DNA of 54,960 bases. Source: a bacterium (GTDB lineage Bacteria > Patescibacteriota > Doudnabacteria > UBA920 > VMFF01). The DNA is taken from positions 1 through 54,960 of the forward strand of contig DAIEPO010000001.1 in the NCBI GenBank assembly GCA_027348385.1, read 5' to 3'. Positions 28,818 to 37,760 of the stretch are shown in pieces. The notes under the pieces are model-generated. The model saw nothing but the letters and a program-made list of their open reading frames with translations. It ran no database searches and was not told the DNA's origin. The position numbers and the translations under genes are program-made. Numbering within the stretch: the stretch's first letter is position 1; each line of letters opens with the position of its first letter.

Positions 28818-29474
28818 CTATTTCTTCTTCTCTTTCTTTTCGACTTTCTTAACTTCCAAATCCTTAATCTTTCCTGTTGAAACAATTTCAACAAGACCAT
28901 TTCTGTGTCCAGGAACAGCTCCGCTTACAGCGATTAAGTGTCTCTTTGGATCAACATCAATAATTTGCAAGTTCTTTACAGTAACACCAACTCCACCCAT
29001 TCTTCCGGCCATTCTTAAACCTTTACGAACGTGTTGTGGGAAACGCTGACCAATGGAACCTACAGCGCGTGGCTTGTCATGTCCGTGAGATGCAGGCATA
29101 CCACCGAAACCGTGTCTTTTGATTGCACCAGCAAAACCACGGCCTTTCATAATGCCGGTTACATTTACCATCTCGCCTACTTGGAAATCAGTAATATCAA
29201 TTTTCTTACCTACTTCAAACTGAGCAAGATCTTTAACTTTAAACTCTTTAACAACAGCAAAATTACCTAGTCCTTTGAAATGACCGGCTAATGCTTTGGA
29301 ATGATTCTTCTTTTTTCCATAACCAACCTGAACTGCTTCGTATTTATCCTTTTCTTTGTTCTTAATCTGAGTAACGGTAACAGGCCCAGCATGCAGGATG
29401 GTTACAGGTATAACCAAGCCTGATTCTAGGAAGTGTGAAGACATGTTTAATTTTTTTGCGATTGTGAACTTCAT
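28818..29474 (-). CDS. rplC: 50S ribosomal protein L3
   Basis: The ORF track begins at GTG 29504, inside a hairpin. I start at ATG 29474 (MKFTIAKKLNMSSHFLESGLVIPVTIL), which aligns with the usual L3 N-terminus (x-G-K-K-x-G-M-T-x-x-F). Confidence 0.9.
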   Translation of the reverse strand: MKFTIAKKLNMSSHFLESGLVIPVTILHAGPVTVTQIKNKEKDKYEAVQVGYGKKKNHSKALAGHFKGLGNFAVVKEFKVKDLAQFEVGKKIDITDFQVGEMVNVTGIMKGRGFAGAIKRHGFGGMPASHGHDKPRAVGSIGQRFPQHVRKGLRMAGRMGGVGVTVKNLQIIDVDPKRHLIAVSGAVPGHRNGLVEIVSTGKIKDLEVKKVEKKEKKK

Positions 29475-29480
29475 TGTTTT

Positions 29481-29556
29481 AAACAAAAAACCAAGACGAG
29501 CCACTTGGCCAGAGATATCAACTATTGTTGATATCTGGCAAACGAACCGTCTTGGT
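29481..29556 (-). terminator. long terminator-like hairpin with U-tract 7 nt upstream of rplC (attenuator candidate)
   Basis: Minus strand: the outer stem is CCAAGACG (29555-29548) / CGTCTTGG (29498-29491). The inner stem is CCAGATATCAA / TTGATATCT(C)TGG. TTTTTTGTTT (29490-29481) follows. Confidence 0.55.
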
Positions 29557-29713
29557 TCTTTAAAGTGTTTTCGTTGTGATGCAGCTTTTTAAGCTGCGGG
29601 GAAAGTTTTTAATCTTCTCTTAGAATTTTGTTGGTTCAGAAGTTATCCTTATTTAGGAACTATTCTGTAACAACTCATTCTATTTGCTTTTGCCTTTTTA
29701 GGCTCTAAACAAT

Positions 29714-30031
29714 CTAATTCATCTTTATCTCAACATCTACTCCTGCTGGAAGATTCAAATTTGTTAGTGAATCTACTGTTTTAGGTGTTGGATCTGTAAT
29801 ATCAATTAATCTCTTATGAACACGCATCTCAAACTGTTCTCGGCTATCCTTGTGCACAAAAGTTGAACGAAGTACTGTATACTTGGTTTTTTCTGTTGGC
29901 AAAGGAATAGGACCGGTGATAGTTGCTCCGCTTCTCTTTGCGGTGTCTACAATCTGTTTTGCAGACTGATCAATCAATTTGTGGTCGTATGCTTTGATCT
30001 TTATTCTGATCTTGCTCTTAGAAGCGTCCAT
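29714..30031 (-). CDS. rpsJ: 30S ribosomal protein S10
   Basis: 105 aa; [16 protein letters not shown]. Confidence 0.93.
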   Translation of the reverse strand: MDASKSKIRIKIKAYDHKLIDQSAKQIVDTAKRSGATITGPIPLPTEKTKYTVLRSTFVHKDSREQFEMRVHKRLIDITDPTPKTVDSLTNLNLPAGVDVEIKMN

Positions 30032-30076
30032 TTTAGATGTGTTAAGTTGCGGGATTAGTTGATTAATTACTTGCTT

Positions 30077-30105
30077 ATTTTAAACTAAAGCCTTGATTTT
30101 GTCAA
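30077..30105 (-). promoter_or_regulatory. sigma70-type promoter of the S10/spc array
   Basis: Minus strand reads TTGACA (30105-30100), a 17-nt spacer, then TAAAAT (30082-30077). Confidence 0.6.
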
Positions 30106-30122
30106 AGGTTTCAAAAATTACC

Positions 30123-30461
30123 TTAGGAAACCATTCTTGGGGTCTTTTTTCTAGCACCTATAACCTGCTTGTTTTGGTCTAAAATGAGCTCTAAATATGG
30201 GATTCCAGGCATTTCATGATAGGTAAACCCATTTGTATTGATTTCTTCCTCATCTGGGTGCTCTTGGGCATGCTTGAGAACGAAAGATTCCAAGTACATG
30301 AGTGGGTAATCAGATAGCGTTAAAGCTTCAACCAATCGAGCTAAATCCTCGTTTTTCTCCCAACTCGCTACTGCATCACTAATCTCAAGCTCAGCTTTCA
30401 AGGCTGGGGTTTTGCTAAGCTCTCTGTCCATGTCTGCTTTTGGTTGAAAGTCTTGATGCAT
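30123..30461 (-). CDS. orphan acidic hypothetical protein between tuf and rpsJ
   Basis: ORF track 112 aa. No motif I recognise. Starts 7 nt after the tuf terminator and ends just before the S10 promoter. Confidence 0.5.
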   Translation of the reverse strand: MHQDFQPKADMDRELSKTPALKAELEISDAVASWEKNEDLARLVEALTLSDYPLMYLESFVLKHAQEHPDEEEINTNGFTYHEMPGIPYLELILDQNKQVIGARKKTPRMVS

Positions 30462-30467
30462 AAGGCT

Positions 30468-30502
30468 TTAAAAGAGACCCCTTAAAAACAAGGGGTCTCT
30501 TT
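30468..30502 (-). terminator. tuf terminator hairpin
   Basis: Minus strand reads AAAGAGACCCCTT-GTTTTT-AAGGGGTCTCTTT, followed by TAAAG. The U-tract is short. Confidence 0.6.
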
Positions 30503-30513
30503 CCTAAATATGA

Positions 30514-31704
30514 CTACTTAGTGATTTTTGTTACAACACCTGCACCAACAGTGTGGCCACCTTCGCGAATAGCGAAGCGGAGCTTGTCTTCCAAGGCTAC
30601 AGGAGTGATCAATTTAACATTGATCTTAACTGTGTCACCAGGCATTACCATTTCCTGACCCTCTGGCAAAATAACTTCACCAGTTACGTCAGTTGTTCTG
30701 ATGTAGAACTGTGGCTTGTAACCCTTAAAGAATGGGGTGTGTCTACCACCTTCTTCTTTGGTTAAGATGTATACTTCACCTTCAAATTCAGAGTGTGGAG
30801 TAACAGATCCTGGCTTTGCTAAAACCTGACCGCGTTCAACTTCATCTTTCTTAGTACCGCGGAGCAAAATACCAGCATTGTCACCAGCTTGACCTTCATC
30901 CAACTGTTTGTTGAACATTTCAATACCAGTAACTGTAGTTTTTGCTGTTGGTCGAATACCAACAATTTCAATTTCTTCACCAATCTTGATCATACCTCTC
31001 TCAATTCTACCGGTAACAACAGTTCCACGGCCTTCAATTGAGAAGATATCTTCAATAGGCATTAAGAATGGCTTGTCTGTTTGTCTAACTGGGTCTGGGA
31101 TGTATGTATCCAAGGCTTCAACAAGCTTCATAATAGATGGCTCACCCATTTCTGATGTGTCGCCTTCCAAAGCTTTCAAAGCCGAGCCGCGGATAATCGG
31201 GGTGTCTTTGCCCGGAAATTCGTATTTGGTCAAAAGGTCGCGGATTTCTTCTTCAACCAAGTCAAGCAATTCCTTGTCCTGGACCATATCGCACTTGTTC
31301 ATGTAAACAACAATGTGTGGCACACCAACCTGGTATGCAAGCAAAATGTGCTCTCTTGTCTGAGGCATTGGACCATCAGTTGCAGAAACAACCAAGATAG
31401 CGCCATCCATCTGCGCAGCACCAGTGATCATGTTTTTAACATAGTCAGCGTGTCCTGGACAGTCAACGTGAGCATAGTGTCTCTTATCAGATTCGTATTC
31501 TGCGTGAGAGGTGTTAATAGTAATACCACGTGCCTTTTCTTCTGGAGCATTGTCAATGCTGTCATATGCACGAGCTTTAGCCTTGCCTGATTTGGCAAGA
31601 ACTGTAGTAATAGCTGCAGTCAAAGTAGTCTTACCGTGGTCGACGTGACCAATGGTTCCGACGTTGACGTGCACCTTATTACGTTCAAACTTTCCTTCTG
31701 CCAT
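30514..31704 (-). CDS. tuf: elongation factor Tu
   Basis: The ORF track extends to 31749. The real start is Met16 ([27 protein letters not shown]) with AAGGA 9 nt upstream. Also DCPGH and NKCD. Confidence 0.95.
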   Translation of the reverse strand: MAEGKFERNKVHVNVGTIGHVDHGKTTLTAAITTVLAKSGKAKARAYDSIDNAPEEKARGITINTSHAEYESDKRHYAHVDCPGHADYVKNMITGAAQMDGAILVVSATDGPMPQTREHILLAYQVGVPHIVVYMNKCDMVQDKELLDLVEEEIRDLLTKYEFPGKDTPIIRGSALKALEGDTSEMGEPSIMKLVEALDTYIPDPVRQTDKPFLMPIEDIFSIEGRGTVVTGRIERGMIKIGEEIEIVGIRPTAKTTVTGIEMFNKQLDEGQAGDNAGILLRGTKKDEVERGQVLAKPGSVTPHSEFEGEVYILTKEEGGRHTPFFKGYKPQFYIRTTDVTGEVILPEGQEMVMPGDTVKINVKLITPVALEDKLRFAIREGGHTVGAGVVTKITK

Positions 31705-31805
31705 TGTGCTTTCCTTTACTGCCCGAGCATTTTCTGCTCTCCAGGGCATTACAATTAATTATTTTTTGGGGAAATAAAATTACGCGTTATGTATAACGCG
31801 TAAAG

Positions 31806-31834
31806 ATATTAACAAATATGCCCTGTTTTGTCAA
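31806..31834 (-). promoter_or_regulatory. sigma70-type promoter of tuf
   Basis: Minus strand reads TTGACA (31834-31829), a 17-nt spacer, then TAATAT (31811-31806). It is followed at about +1 by the hairpin TACGCGTTAT/ATAACGCGTA (31802-31781). Confidence 0.6.
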
Positions 31835-31848
31835 AACTAAGAGATTTG

Positions 31849-31862
31849 TCCACAGCTGTGGA
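31849..31862. promoter_or_regulatory. perfect 14-bp palindrome TCCACAGCTGTGGA
   Basis: Self-complementary 14-mer, 7 nt after the 70-aa ORF stop and 15 nt upstream of the tuf -35. Confidence 0.4.
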
Positions 31863-31868
31863 ATTCGG

Positions 31869-32081
31869 TTAATTTAGCTCAGAAACCGCCTCGTCTATTT
31901 CACGATCAGCCCAGGCCTCAGTATGCTGCATTTCTTTGCTTAAAGCTGCTAAACCAACATCTGATTCTCTAATCCCCTTATCTAAGTCATCAATTAGCTG
32001 GGCGGTCTTTTGCATAAACTGCGCGTTTGCCTGTTGCAAATTTGTACCAATATTATTTAATTCTGTAACTGTAATATTCAT
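31869..32081 (-). CDS. small helical hypothetical protein
   Basis: ORF track 70 aa. Its ATG starts 1 nt after the stop of the 679-aa ORF, suggesting translational coupling. Confidence 0.55.
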   Translation of the reverse strand: MNITVTELNNIGTNLQQANAQFMQKTAQLIDDLDKGIRESDVGLAALSKEMQHTEAWADREIDEAVSELN

Positions 32082-32082
32082 A

Positions 32083-34122
32083 TTATTTTTTCTTTTTTAA
32101 ACCCCATCGCCTTATTAAAAATCTACTAAACCAACCTGTGGTCTTTTTCTCTTTGTTCTTGTCGTAACGAGGCAAAGTTTTCTTTCTGTAACTACCAACT
32201 GCTTCCAAGAAAGTTCCAGTATCTAAAGTAGTTTTACCTTCTGCTAAAACATTCGGCTCAAAATCTTTTAATTTCTCTGGTGTAACTTCATCATCAGCAT
32301 CATCTGAAAGATCGTTCCAAAGATCACACAAACTTGCAATCTCTGTTTCTTGATCATAAAACTCTGCGCTTTCGGGGTCTGCGTAACCGTCTAGTTTACC
32401 AATTTGGTTTTCAATGAATGCTGCCCTAAATTTTTCTATGCTTTCTTTAAATGCTTCGATCTCTTCTTTCCTAGCACCAACGGCTCCAGAAGTTAAATGT
32501 GCAAACTGATTCTCAACAATATTTTTAAAATCACGCATTGTTAAAAGCTTTTTGTTTTTCCTGTCAGGAAACATTGATTCCGCATCTTCTTCAAATGCTT
32601 TTGGATCTAAAGCGAATTCTTTTGAGAACCTTTCATTCCAAGCAGCAACAAGCTGCCTAATACCAAAACCTTGATAATTAAATCTCCTTAACTTTCGTTC
32701 AATTGGTTCAAGCTCTCTATCAGTACTTCCTTCTTCTTCAGAGGCTTCTTCTGGGACAACAATCGCATCTTCAACATCTGTTTCCCCTGATTGACCTTGT
32801 GGGGTAGCTGGTTCTGGCATTTCCCCTGCTGGTTCAATAACAACATCGGAAGCTTCCTCTTCTAGATGTTCTCCAGTCACTGATTGTGCAGGTGCTTCTA
32901 CAGGCTTGATCTGTTTTGCTTCCGATAGTTTTATGGCTTCATCTGCAAAAATATCCCAATCGCTCTCTGAAATTTTTTGGTTAGTAAGTTCCTCAACTAT
33001 CCTTCTGAAGGTTCTGTGGTTAATACCTTCTTGTCTTTGTTGAGGGCTGACAAAAGAATTAAAAAGTTTAGAGGATATTTTTAACTTACTTCCAAAAAGG
33101 GCATTCCAAAGCTTCAACATTTTTTCAGGATCAATTTTACCTTTGTTTCTTAGTTGTTCTCTTTCTTCAGGGGTTAATCCTTGTAACCTGGCTCTGACAT
33201 CTTGCATCTTTTCTTCATCAACATCTTTTTGATGATATTTGGATTGACGAGCTAAAACTTGCTCATATTGACCACGTCGTCCTTGCCAAGCAACAACCTT
33301 CTTAGCTATGAGCTCTAAAGATTTTTCTAAACGTTCAGACTCTTTAACTCTTTGGTCTAAGTTTCTGTTGTAGTCTCTGAGTTGTAATTCTAAATCTCGT
33401 AACTCTTCTCTGTATGCGTCTTTATCAAAATCAAACTCCGCCTGGGAATGAACCTTTCGAACTTCCGCAAGCATAGCCTCTGCTTGTTCAATACTTGTTT
33501 TAAATGTTGATATTTCAGAATCAAGTTGTTGTTTTCTTGCTGTCATCACAGCCATTCTTGTTTCCAAAGGCTGTAGGTGTTCGTTTACGCGAGCAACAAC
33601 TTCATGTGCAATATCTTTATTCTTTTTCTCGTAAACTCGCTTTTTGTAATTAACACTTTCTAGATTTAACCTCGCTATTTCTCTTTCGTTTTTAGCCTGT
33701 TCAATCCTGTTTATCAAGGTCTGACGATCTTTTTGAAATTTCTTGGAATGTTCAGCTCTTACTCCAAAGGTAAGTTGCATGTCTGCTTCAACAACATCTT
33801 GTCGTCTGACACGTTCCTCTAAAGCATGTATTTCTCTGTTTCGGCTTTCGTATTCTGAAGATAGCTGATCTGCTTTTTGATCTTGTTTTCTGTACCTATT
33901 ATCATTCCACCAGGTCTGCAAACGCTCAACAGTACCAATACGAGCTGTTGTTTTTACAGAACCAACAAACTCCCGTGTGTTATTCCTGACCCGTTCAAAA
34001 AACCCCGGCTGGTTATTAATATCCAGGTCTTCTGGTATCTCTGTTCTTTGATTGTCGTTTGTTTCAGGATGATTGTCCGGTGCAGCTTGTGGCTGATGCT
34101 CCGGCCCATGTGTATTGGACAT
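32083..34122 (-). CDS. large coiled-coil hypothetical protein with triple W-N repeat and basic amphipathic C-terminus
   Basis: ORF track 679 aa. The N-terminus is disordered and acidic. Heptad-rich charged region spans about aa 85-330. Three modules follow: LKLWNALF...TFRRIVEE, LVAAWNERF...TMRDFKNIVEN and LCDLWNDLS...TGTFLEAVGS. The tail is GWFSRFLIRRWGLKKKK. Confidence 0.65.
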   Translation of the reverse strand: MSNTHGPEHQPQAAPDNHPETNDNQRTEIPEDLDINNQPGFFERVRNNTREFVGSVKTTARIGTVERLQTWWNDNRYRKQDQKADQLSSEYESRNREIHALEERVRRQDVVEADMQLTFGVRAEHSKKFQKDRQTLINRIEQAKNEREIARLNLESVNYKKRVYEKKNKDIAHEVVARVNEHLQPLETRMAVMTARKQQLDSEISTFKTSIEQAEAMLAEVRKVHSQAEFDFDKDAYREELRDLELQLRDYNRNLDQRVKESERLEKSLELIAKKVVAWQGRRGQYEQVLARQSKYHQKDVDEEKMQDVRARLQGLTPEEREQLRNKGKIDPEKMLKLWNALFGSKLKISSKLFNSFVSPQQRQEGINHRTFRRIVEELTNQKISESDWDIFADEAIKLSEAKQIKPVEAPAQSVTGEHLEEEASDVVIEPAGEMPEPATPQGQSGETDVEDAIVVPEEASEEEGSTDRELEPIERKLRRFNYQGFGIRQLVAAWNERFSKEFALDPKAFEEDAESMFPDRKNKKLLTMRDFKNIVENQFAHLTSGAVGARKEEIEAFKESIEKFRAAFIENQIGKLDGYADPESAEFYDQETEIASLCDLWNDLSDDADDEVTPEKLKDFEPNVLAEGKTTLDTGTFLEAVGSYRKKTLPRYDKNKEKKTTGWFSRFLIRRWGLKKKK

Positions 34123-34177
34123 GGAGTATATATTAATTACCTTTTAATTATACAATATTCTGTTCAAAACGCATAAT

Positions 34178-34513
34178 TTAAATATCTTCTAACTCAGCTC
34201 TGTTTTGCATGTCTGAAGAAACTTCCTCTGGTTCAAATGAAAAGGTTGAATCAATAACCTCAGAAACCAACTCTTCATGTGCTGCCTGTCTTTCATTTTG
34301 AGTTTGATCTCCTTGTTTTTGCGCTTGGATAATCTTCTGGTTAATCTCTTCAATGTCTTCAAGCTGGTTTTGAACCTTTTTTAACAATACTTTTTCATAC
34401 TCATCAATACCCATAATTACTAGGACTGGGTTGCCCTGCTCGTCAATTACGAAAAACTTACCCCCGTCTGCTTTTGATATATCAATTAGTTTCTTAAGGT
34501 TATCCATGGGCAT
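34178..34513 (-). CDS. small acidic protein with weak Phd/YefM-like N-terminus
   Basis: ORF track 111 aa. GGKFFVIDEQGNPVLVIMGIDEYEKVL resembles the antitoxin-type beta-alpha N-domain; the remainder is a charged helix or disordered. Confidence 0.5.
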   Translation of the reverse strand: MPMDNLKKLIDISKADGGKFFVIDEQGNPVLVIMGIDEYEKVLLKKVQNQLEDIEEINQKIIQAQKQGDQTQNERQAAHEELVSEVIDSTFSFEPEEVSSDMQNRAELEDI

Positions 34514-34542
34514 ATTCTATGCCTAAGAGCTTTTCCCTGCAA
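34514..34542 (-). promoter_or_regulatory. candidate promoter of the three-gene cassette (near-leaderless)
   Basis: Minus strand reads TTGCAG (34542-34537), a 17-nt spacer, then TAGAAT (34519-34514). The -10 abuts the annotated ATG (34513), so the transcript probably starts near the second ATG (34507). Confidence 0.4.
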
Positions 34543-34582
34543 ATTGACAAAAGACCGTCTTTTTTTGATAATGCGGGCAAAG

Positions 34583-34618
34583 AAAAAGCCGACAAGCGCA
34601 GCATCTGCGTCTGTCGGC
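34583..34618 (-). terminator. fusA rho-independent terminator (bidirectional shape)
   Basis: GCCGACAAGCGCAG-CATC-TGCGTCTGTCGGC (34588-34618), flanked by A5 on one side and T-rich sequence on the other. Confidence 0.75.
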
Positions 34619-34640
34619 TCTTTTTCTTTTCTAAAAGTTT

Positions 34641-36758
34641 TTAGATTTGACCCTTACGAGCATTAATAGATGCTCTTGCTTCAATGATTCCGGAAGCTAC
34701 GTTCTTTGGAACTTCATCGTAGTGATCAAATTCCATGGCATAATTTCCTTGACCTTGGGTCATGGAACGCAATGCTGTTGCGTAACCAAACATTTCAGCA
34801 AGTGGTACAAAGGCATCAACAATCTTTAAGTTTCCACGATCATTCATTTCTTTGACTTGTCCACGTTTAGAGTTGATGTCTCCAATGACATCACCCATGA
34901 AAGAATCTGGAATTGTTACTTCAACTTTCATGATTGGTTCAAGCAGAATTGGATCTGCTTTCTTGACACCATCTTGGAAAGCTTTTGAAGCTGCAATTTT
35001 AAAAGCGACTTCAGAAGAGTCAACATCATGGTATGAACCATCGTAGACTGCACAGTGGAAATCAATAACTGGGAAACCAGCAATGACACCGTTTTCAGCA
35101 GCCTCTTTAACTCCTTTTTCAATTGGAGCAATGAACTCTCTTGGAATAGATCCACCAACAACCTCTGATTCAAAAGTAAATCCTGAACCTGGTTCTTTTG
35201 GTTCCAAACGAATCCAGCAATGACCATATTGTCCCTTACCACCAGATTGTTTAATGAACTTACCTTCTGATTCAATGACTTTCTTGAATTTTTCTTTGTA
35301 AGCAACCTGTGGTTTACCAACGTTAGCTTCAACTTTAAATTCACGCTTCATACGATCAACAATGATTTCAAGGTGTAACTCACCCATACCTGAGATAATT
35401 GTCTGACCGGTTTCTTCATCGCCTTTAATATGGAATGTTGGATCTTCTTCACCAAGTTTGTTTAAAGCAATACCCATTTTTTCTTGGTCTGCTTTAGTCT
35501 TTGGCTCAATAGCCATGGAAATGACTGGTTCTGCAAACTTAATGCTTTCTAATCTAATTGGATGATCAACATCACAGAGTGTATCACCGGTGAATGTATC
35601 TTTAGGTCCGACTAATGCAGCAATGTCTCCAGCATATACTTCTTTAACGTCTTCTCGATCATTTGCTTTCATCAAAACAATACGACCAACACGTTCTTTG
35701 TTTCCTGAACGAGTGTTTAAGACATATGAACCAGCAGCAAGTTTACCTGAGTAAACTCTAAAGAATGCTAGTTTTCCAACGAACGGGTCAGTTGCAATTT
35801 TGAAAGCCAGTGCTGTAAATGGTTCTTCGTCGCTTGGTTGTCTGATAATCTTATCAGCTGCTTCTACGTCAGCTTCTTTAACCTTTGGATTAACACCGAT
35901 GATGTGTGATTTTTCCATAGGTGATGGCAAAAAGTCCGTAACTGCATCTAATAGTTTATGCACAATGACACCACGACCATCTCCACCTAAAACAGCATAC
36001 ATATTTCCAGCAATAATTGCTTTACGCAATCCTGTTAAGATTTCAGTTTCTGAAAGTTCTGCACCAGAAAGATACTTTTCCATTAATGTATCATCTGACT
36101 CAACAAGTTTTTCAATGAGCTGGTGTCTGTACTGTTTTGCTTTCTCAAGCATTTCAGCAGGGATTTCGCTTTCAACTAAACTCTTATCGTGAAAATCAGT
36201 GTAGGTGTATGCTTTCATTTTTATCAAATCAACTACACCGTTTATATCTTTTTCAAAACCTATTGGTAATTGAATTGGATAAGCATTTGGTGAAAGACGT
36301 TTATGAATTGAATCAAGTGACTTGTAGAAGTCCCCGCCAGTTTGGTTGATTTTGTTGATGAAACAAATTCTTGGAACCCCATATTTATCAGCTTGTCTCC
36401 AGACTGTTTCAGATTGAGGTTCTACACCCATCTTGCCGTCAAAAATGACACAAGCACCATCTAAGACACGCAAAGAACGCTCTACTTCAACAGTGAAGTC
36501 AACGTGTCCTGGGGTATCAATGATGTTAATCTTGTTGCCTTTCCAGTAACAAGTAACAGCAGCAGCAGTAATAGTAATACCGCGTTCTCTTTCTTGTTCC
36601 ATCCAGTCAGTAACAGTTTCACCTTCGTGCACTGCACCAATGTTATGTGTCACACCAGTCTGATACAAGATTCCTTCAGTGATTGTGGTTTTACCGGCAT
36701 CAATGTGCGCGATAATACCGATATTTCTAGTTTTTTCGATTGAATATTCTCTAGGCAT
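34641..36758 (-). CDS. fusA: elongation factor G
   Basis: 705 aa; [17 protein letters not shown] and NK.D. Confidence 0.95.
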   Translation of the reverse strand: MPREYSIEKTRNIGIIAHIDAGKTTITEGILYQTGVTHNIGAVHEGETVTDWMEQERERGITITAAAVTCYWKGNKINIIDTPGHVDFTVEVERSLRVLDGACVIFDGKMGVEPQSETVWRQADKYGVPRICFINKINQTGGDFYKSLDSIHKRLSPNAYPIQLPIGFEKDINGVVDLIKMKAYTYTDFHDKSLVESEIPAEMLEKAKQYRHQLIEKLVESDDTLMEKYLSGAELSETEILTGLRKAIIAGNMYAVLGGDGRGVIVHKLLDAVTDFLPSPMEKSHIIGVNPKVKEADVEAADKIIRQPSDEEPFTALAFKIATDPFVGKLAFFRVYSGKLAAGSYVLNTRSGNKERVGRIVLMKANDREDVKEVYAGDIAALVGPKDTFTGDTLCDVDHPIRLESIKFAEPVISMAIEPKTKADQEKMGIALNKLGEEDPTFHIKGDEETGQTIISGMGELHLEIIVDRMKREFKVEANVGKPQVAYKEKFKKVIESEGKFIKQSGGKGQYGHCWIRLEPKEPGSGFTFESEVVGGSIPREFIAPIEKGVKEAAENGVIAGFPVIDFHCAVYDGSYHDVDSSEVAFKIAASKAFQDGVKKADPILLEPIMKVEVTIPDSFMGDVIGDINSKRGQVKEMNDRGNLKIVDAFVPLAEMFGYATALRSMTQGQGNYAMEFDHYDEVPKNVASGIIEARASINARKGQI

Positions 36759-36769
36759 TTATTTATATG

Positions 36770-37270
36770 TTATCTTCTTTGGAATTTAGCAAAATGCGCA
36801 AAAGCTTTGTTTGCTTCAGCCATTCTGTGCGTATCTTCACGCTTCTTTATTGCTGCCCCAATCTTGTTGTATCCGTCCATTATTTCAGCAGCAAGTTTTT
36901 CATGCATTGGTGCGCCTTTTCTGGATTGAGCTGCTGCAATCAACCACTTCATACCAATAGCGGTTTTTCGTGGTTCAACAACTTCCATAGGCACCTGGTA
37001 GTTTGCACCACCGATTCTGCGGCCTTTGACTTCAACAAGCGGAGAAATATTTCTTAATGCTTGTTCAAAGATTTGCTTGCCTTCAACTGGTTGTTCTGCA
37101 GTAGACATTTTCTTTGAAACTTCTTCTAACGCCATGTAGAAAATCTTTTGAGCAACATTTTTCTTTCCGCGTTGCATGAGATAGTTTATGAATTTACCAT
37201 ATTTAGCATTACCGAACATTGGATCGGGATTTGCTGGATGGCGATTTACTGAACGTGCTTTTCTTGGCAT
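36770..37270 (-). CDS. rpsG: 30S ribosomal protein S7
   Basis: 166 aa; position and S7 pattern (VEVKGRRIGGANYQVP). Confidence 0.93.
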   Translation of the reverse strand: MPRKARSVNRHPANPDPMFGNAKYGKFINYLMQRGKKNVAQKIFYMALEEVSKKMSTAEQPVEGKQIFEQALRNISPLVEVKGRRIGGANYQVPMEVVEPRKTAIGMKWLIAAAQSRKGAPMHEKLAAEIMDGYNKIGAAIKKREDTHRMAEANKAFAHFAKFQRR

Positions 37271-37274
37271 AAGT

Positions 37275-37682
37275 TTATGATTTCTTTACTCCATATTTAC
37301 TTCTGCTGCGTTTACGACCATCAACGCCAAGAGTGTCGAGTTTTCCTCGAACAATGTGATATCTAACACCAGGAAGATCTTTAACTCTTCCACCACGAAT
37401 CATAACCACAGAGTGTTCCTGCAAGTTATGTCCGATTCCAGGGATGTAGGCTAAGACTTCCATACCATTAGTCAAACGAACCTTTGCAATCTTACGCAAA
37501 GCTGAGTTTGGTTTCTTTGGTGTGGTTGTATATACCTTTAGACAAACTCCACGCATAAAAGGGCTTGGACGCCATACGGTCTGTCCCTTTATTACGTTAA
37601 TACGTCGTTCTAGAGCAGGAGTTTTGGATTTGCTCTTGAGCGGGGTGCGTCTTCTACGCACCAACTGATTTATTGTAGGCAC
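37275..37682 (-). CDS. rpsL: 30S ribosomal protein S12 (GTG start)
   Basis: 135 aa; PTINQL.R..R and [10 protein letters not shown]. Confidence 0.95.
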   Translation of the reverse strand: MPTINQLVRRRRTPLKSKSKTPALERRINVIKGQTVWRPSPFMRGVCLKVYTTTPKKPNSALRKIAKVRLTNGMEVLAYIPGIGHNLQEHSVVMIRGGRVKDLPGVRYHIVRGKLDTLGVDGRKRSRSKYGVKKS

Positions 37683-37701
37683 TCTGCTTATCCTTTCTAA
37701 A

Positions 37702-37760
37702 GACGGTGGCGTGGGATTGGAACCTCACTGCTCTTTCACCCGTGCGATGGGTTACTCCGT
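37702..37760 (-). promoter_or_regulatory. structured, GC-elevated element in the rpsL 5' leader
   Basis: Minus strand: outer pairing ACGG/CCGT encloses hairpin ACCC-ATCGCAC-GGGT and the T-arm-like hairpin GTG(A)GG-TTCCAAT-CCCAC. The element ends about 10 nt upstream of the AAGGA SD. Confidence 0.4.

Noticed and set aside
31705-31749. 15-codon N-terminal extension of tuf ([15 protein letters not shown])
   Set aside because: EF-Tu universally begins near M-x-K-x-K-F-x-R. An AAGGA SD precedes the internal ATG at 31704.
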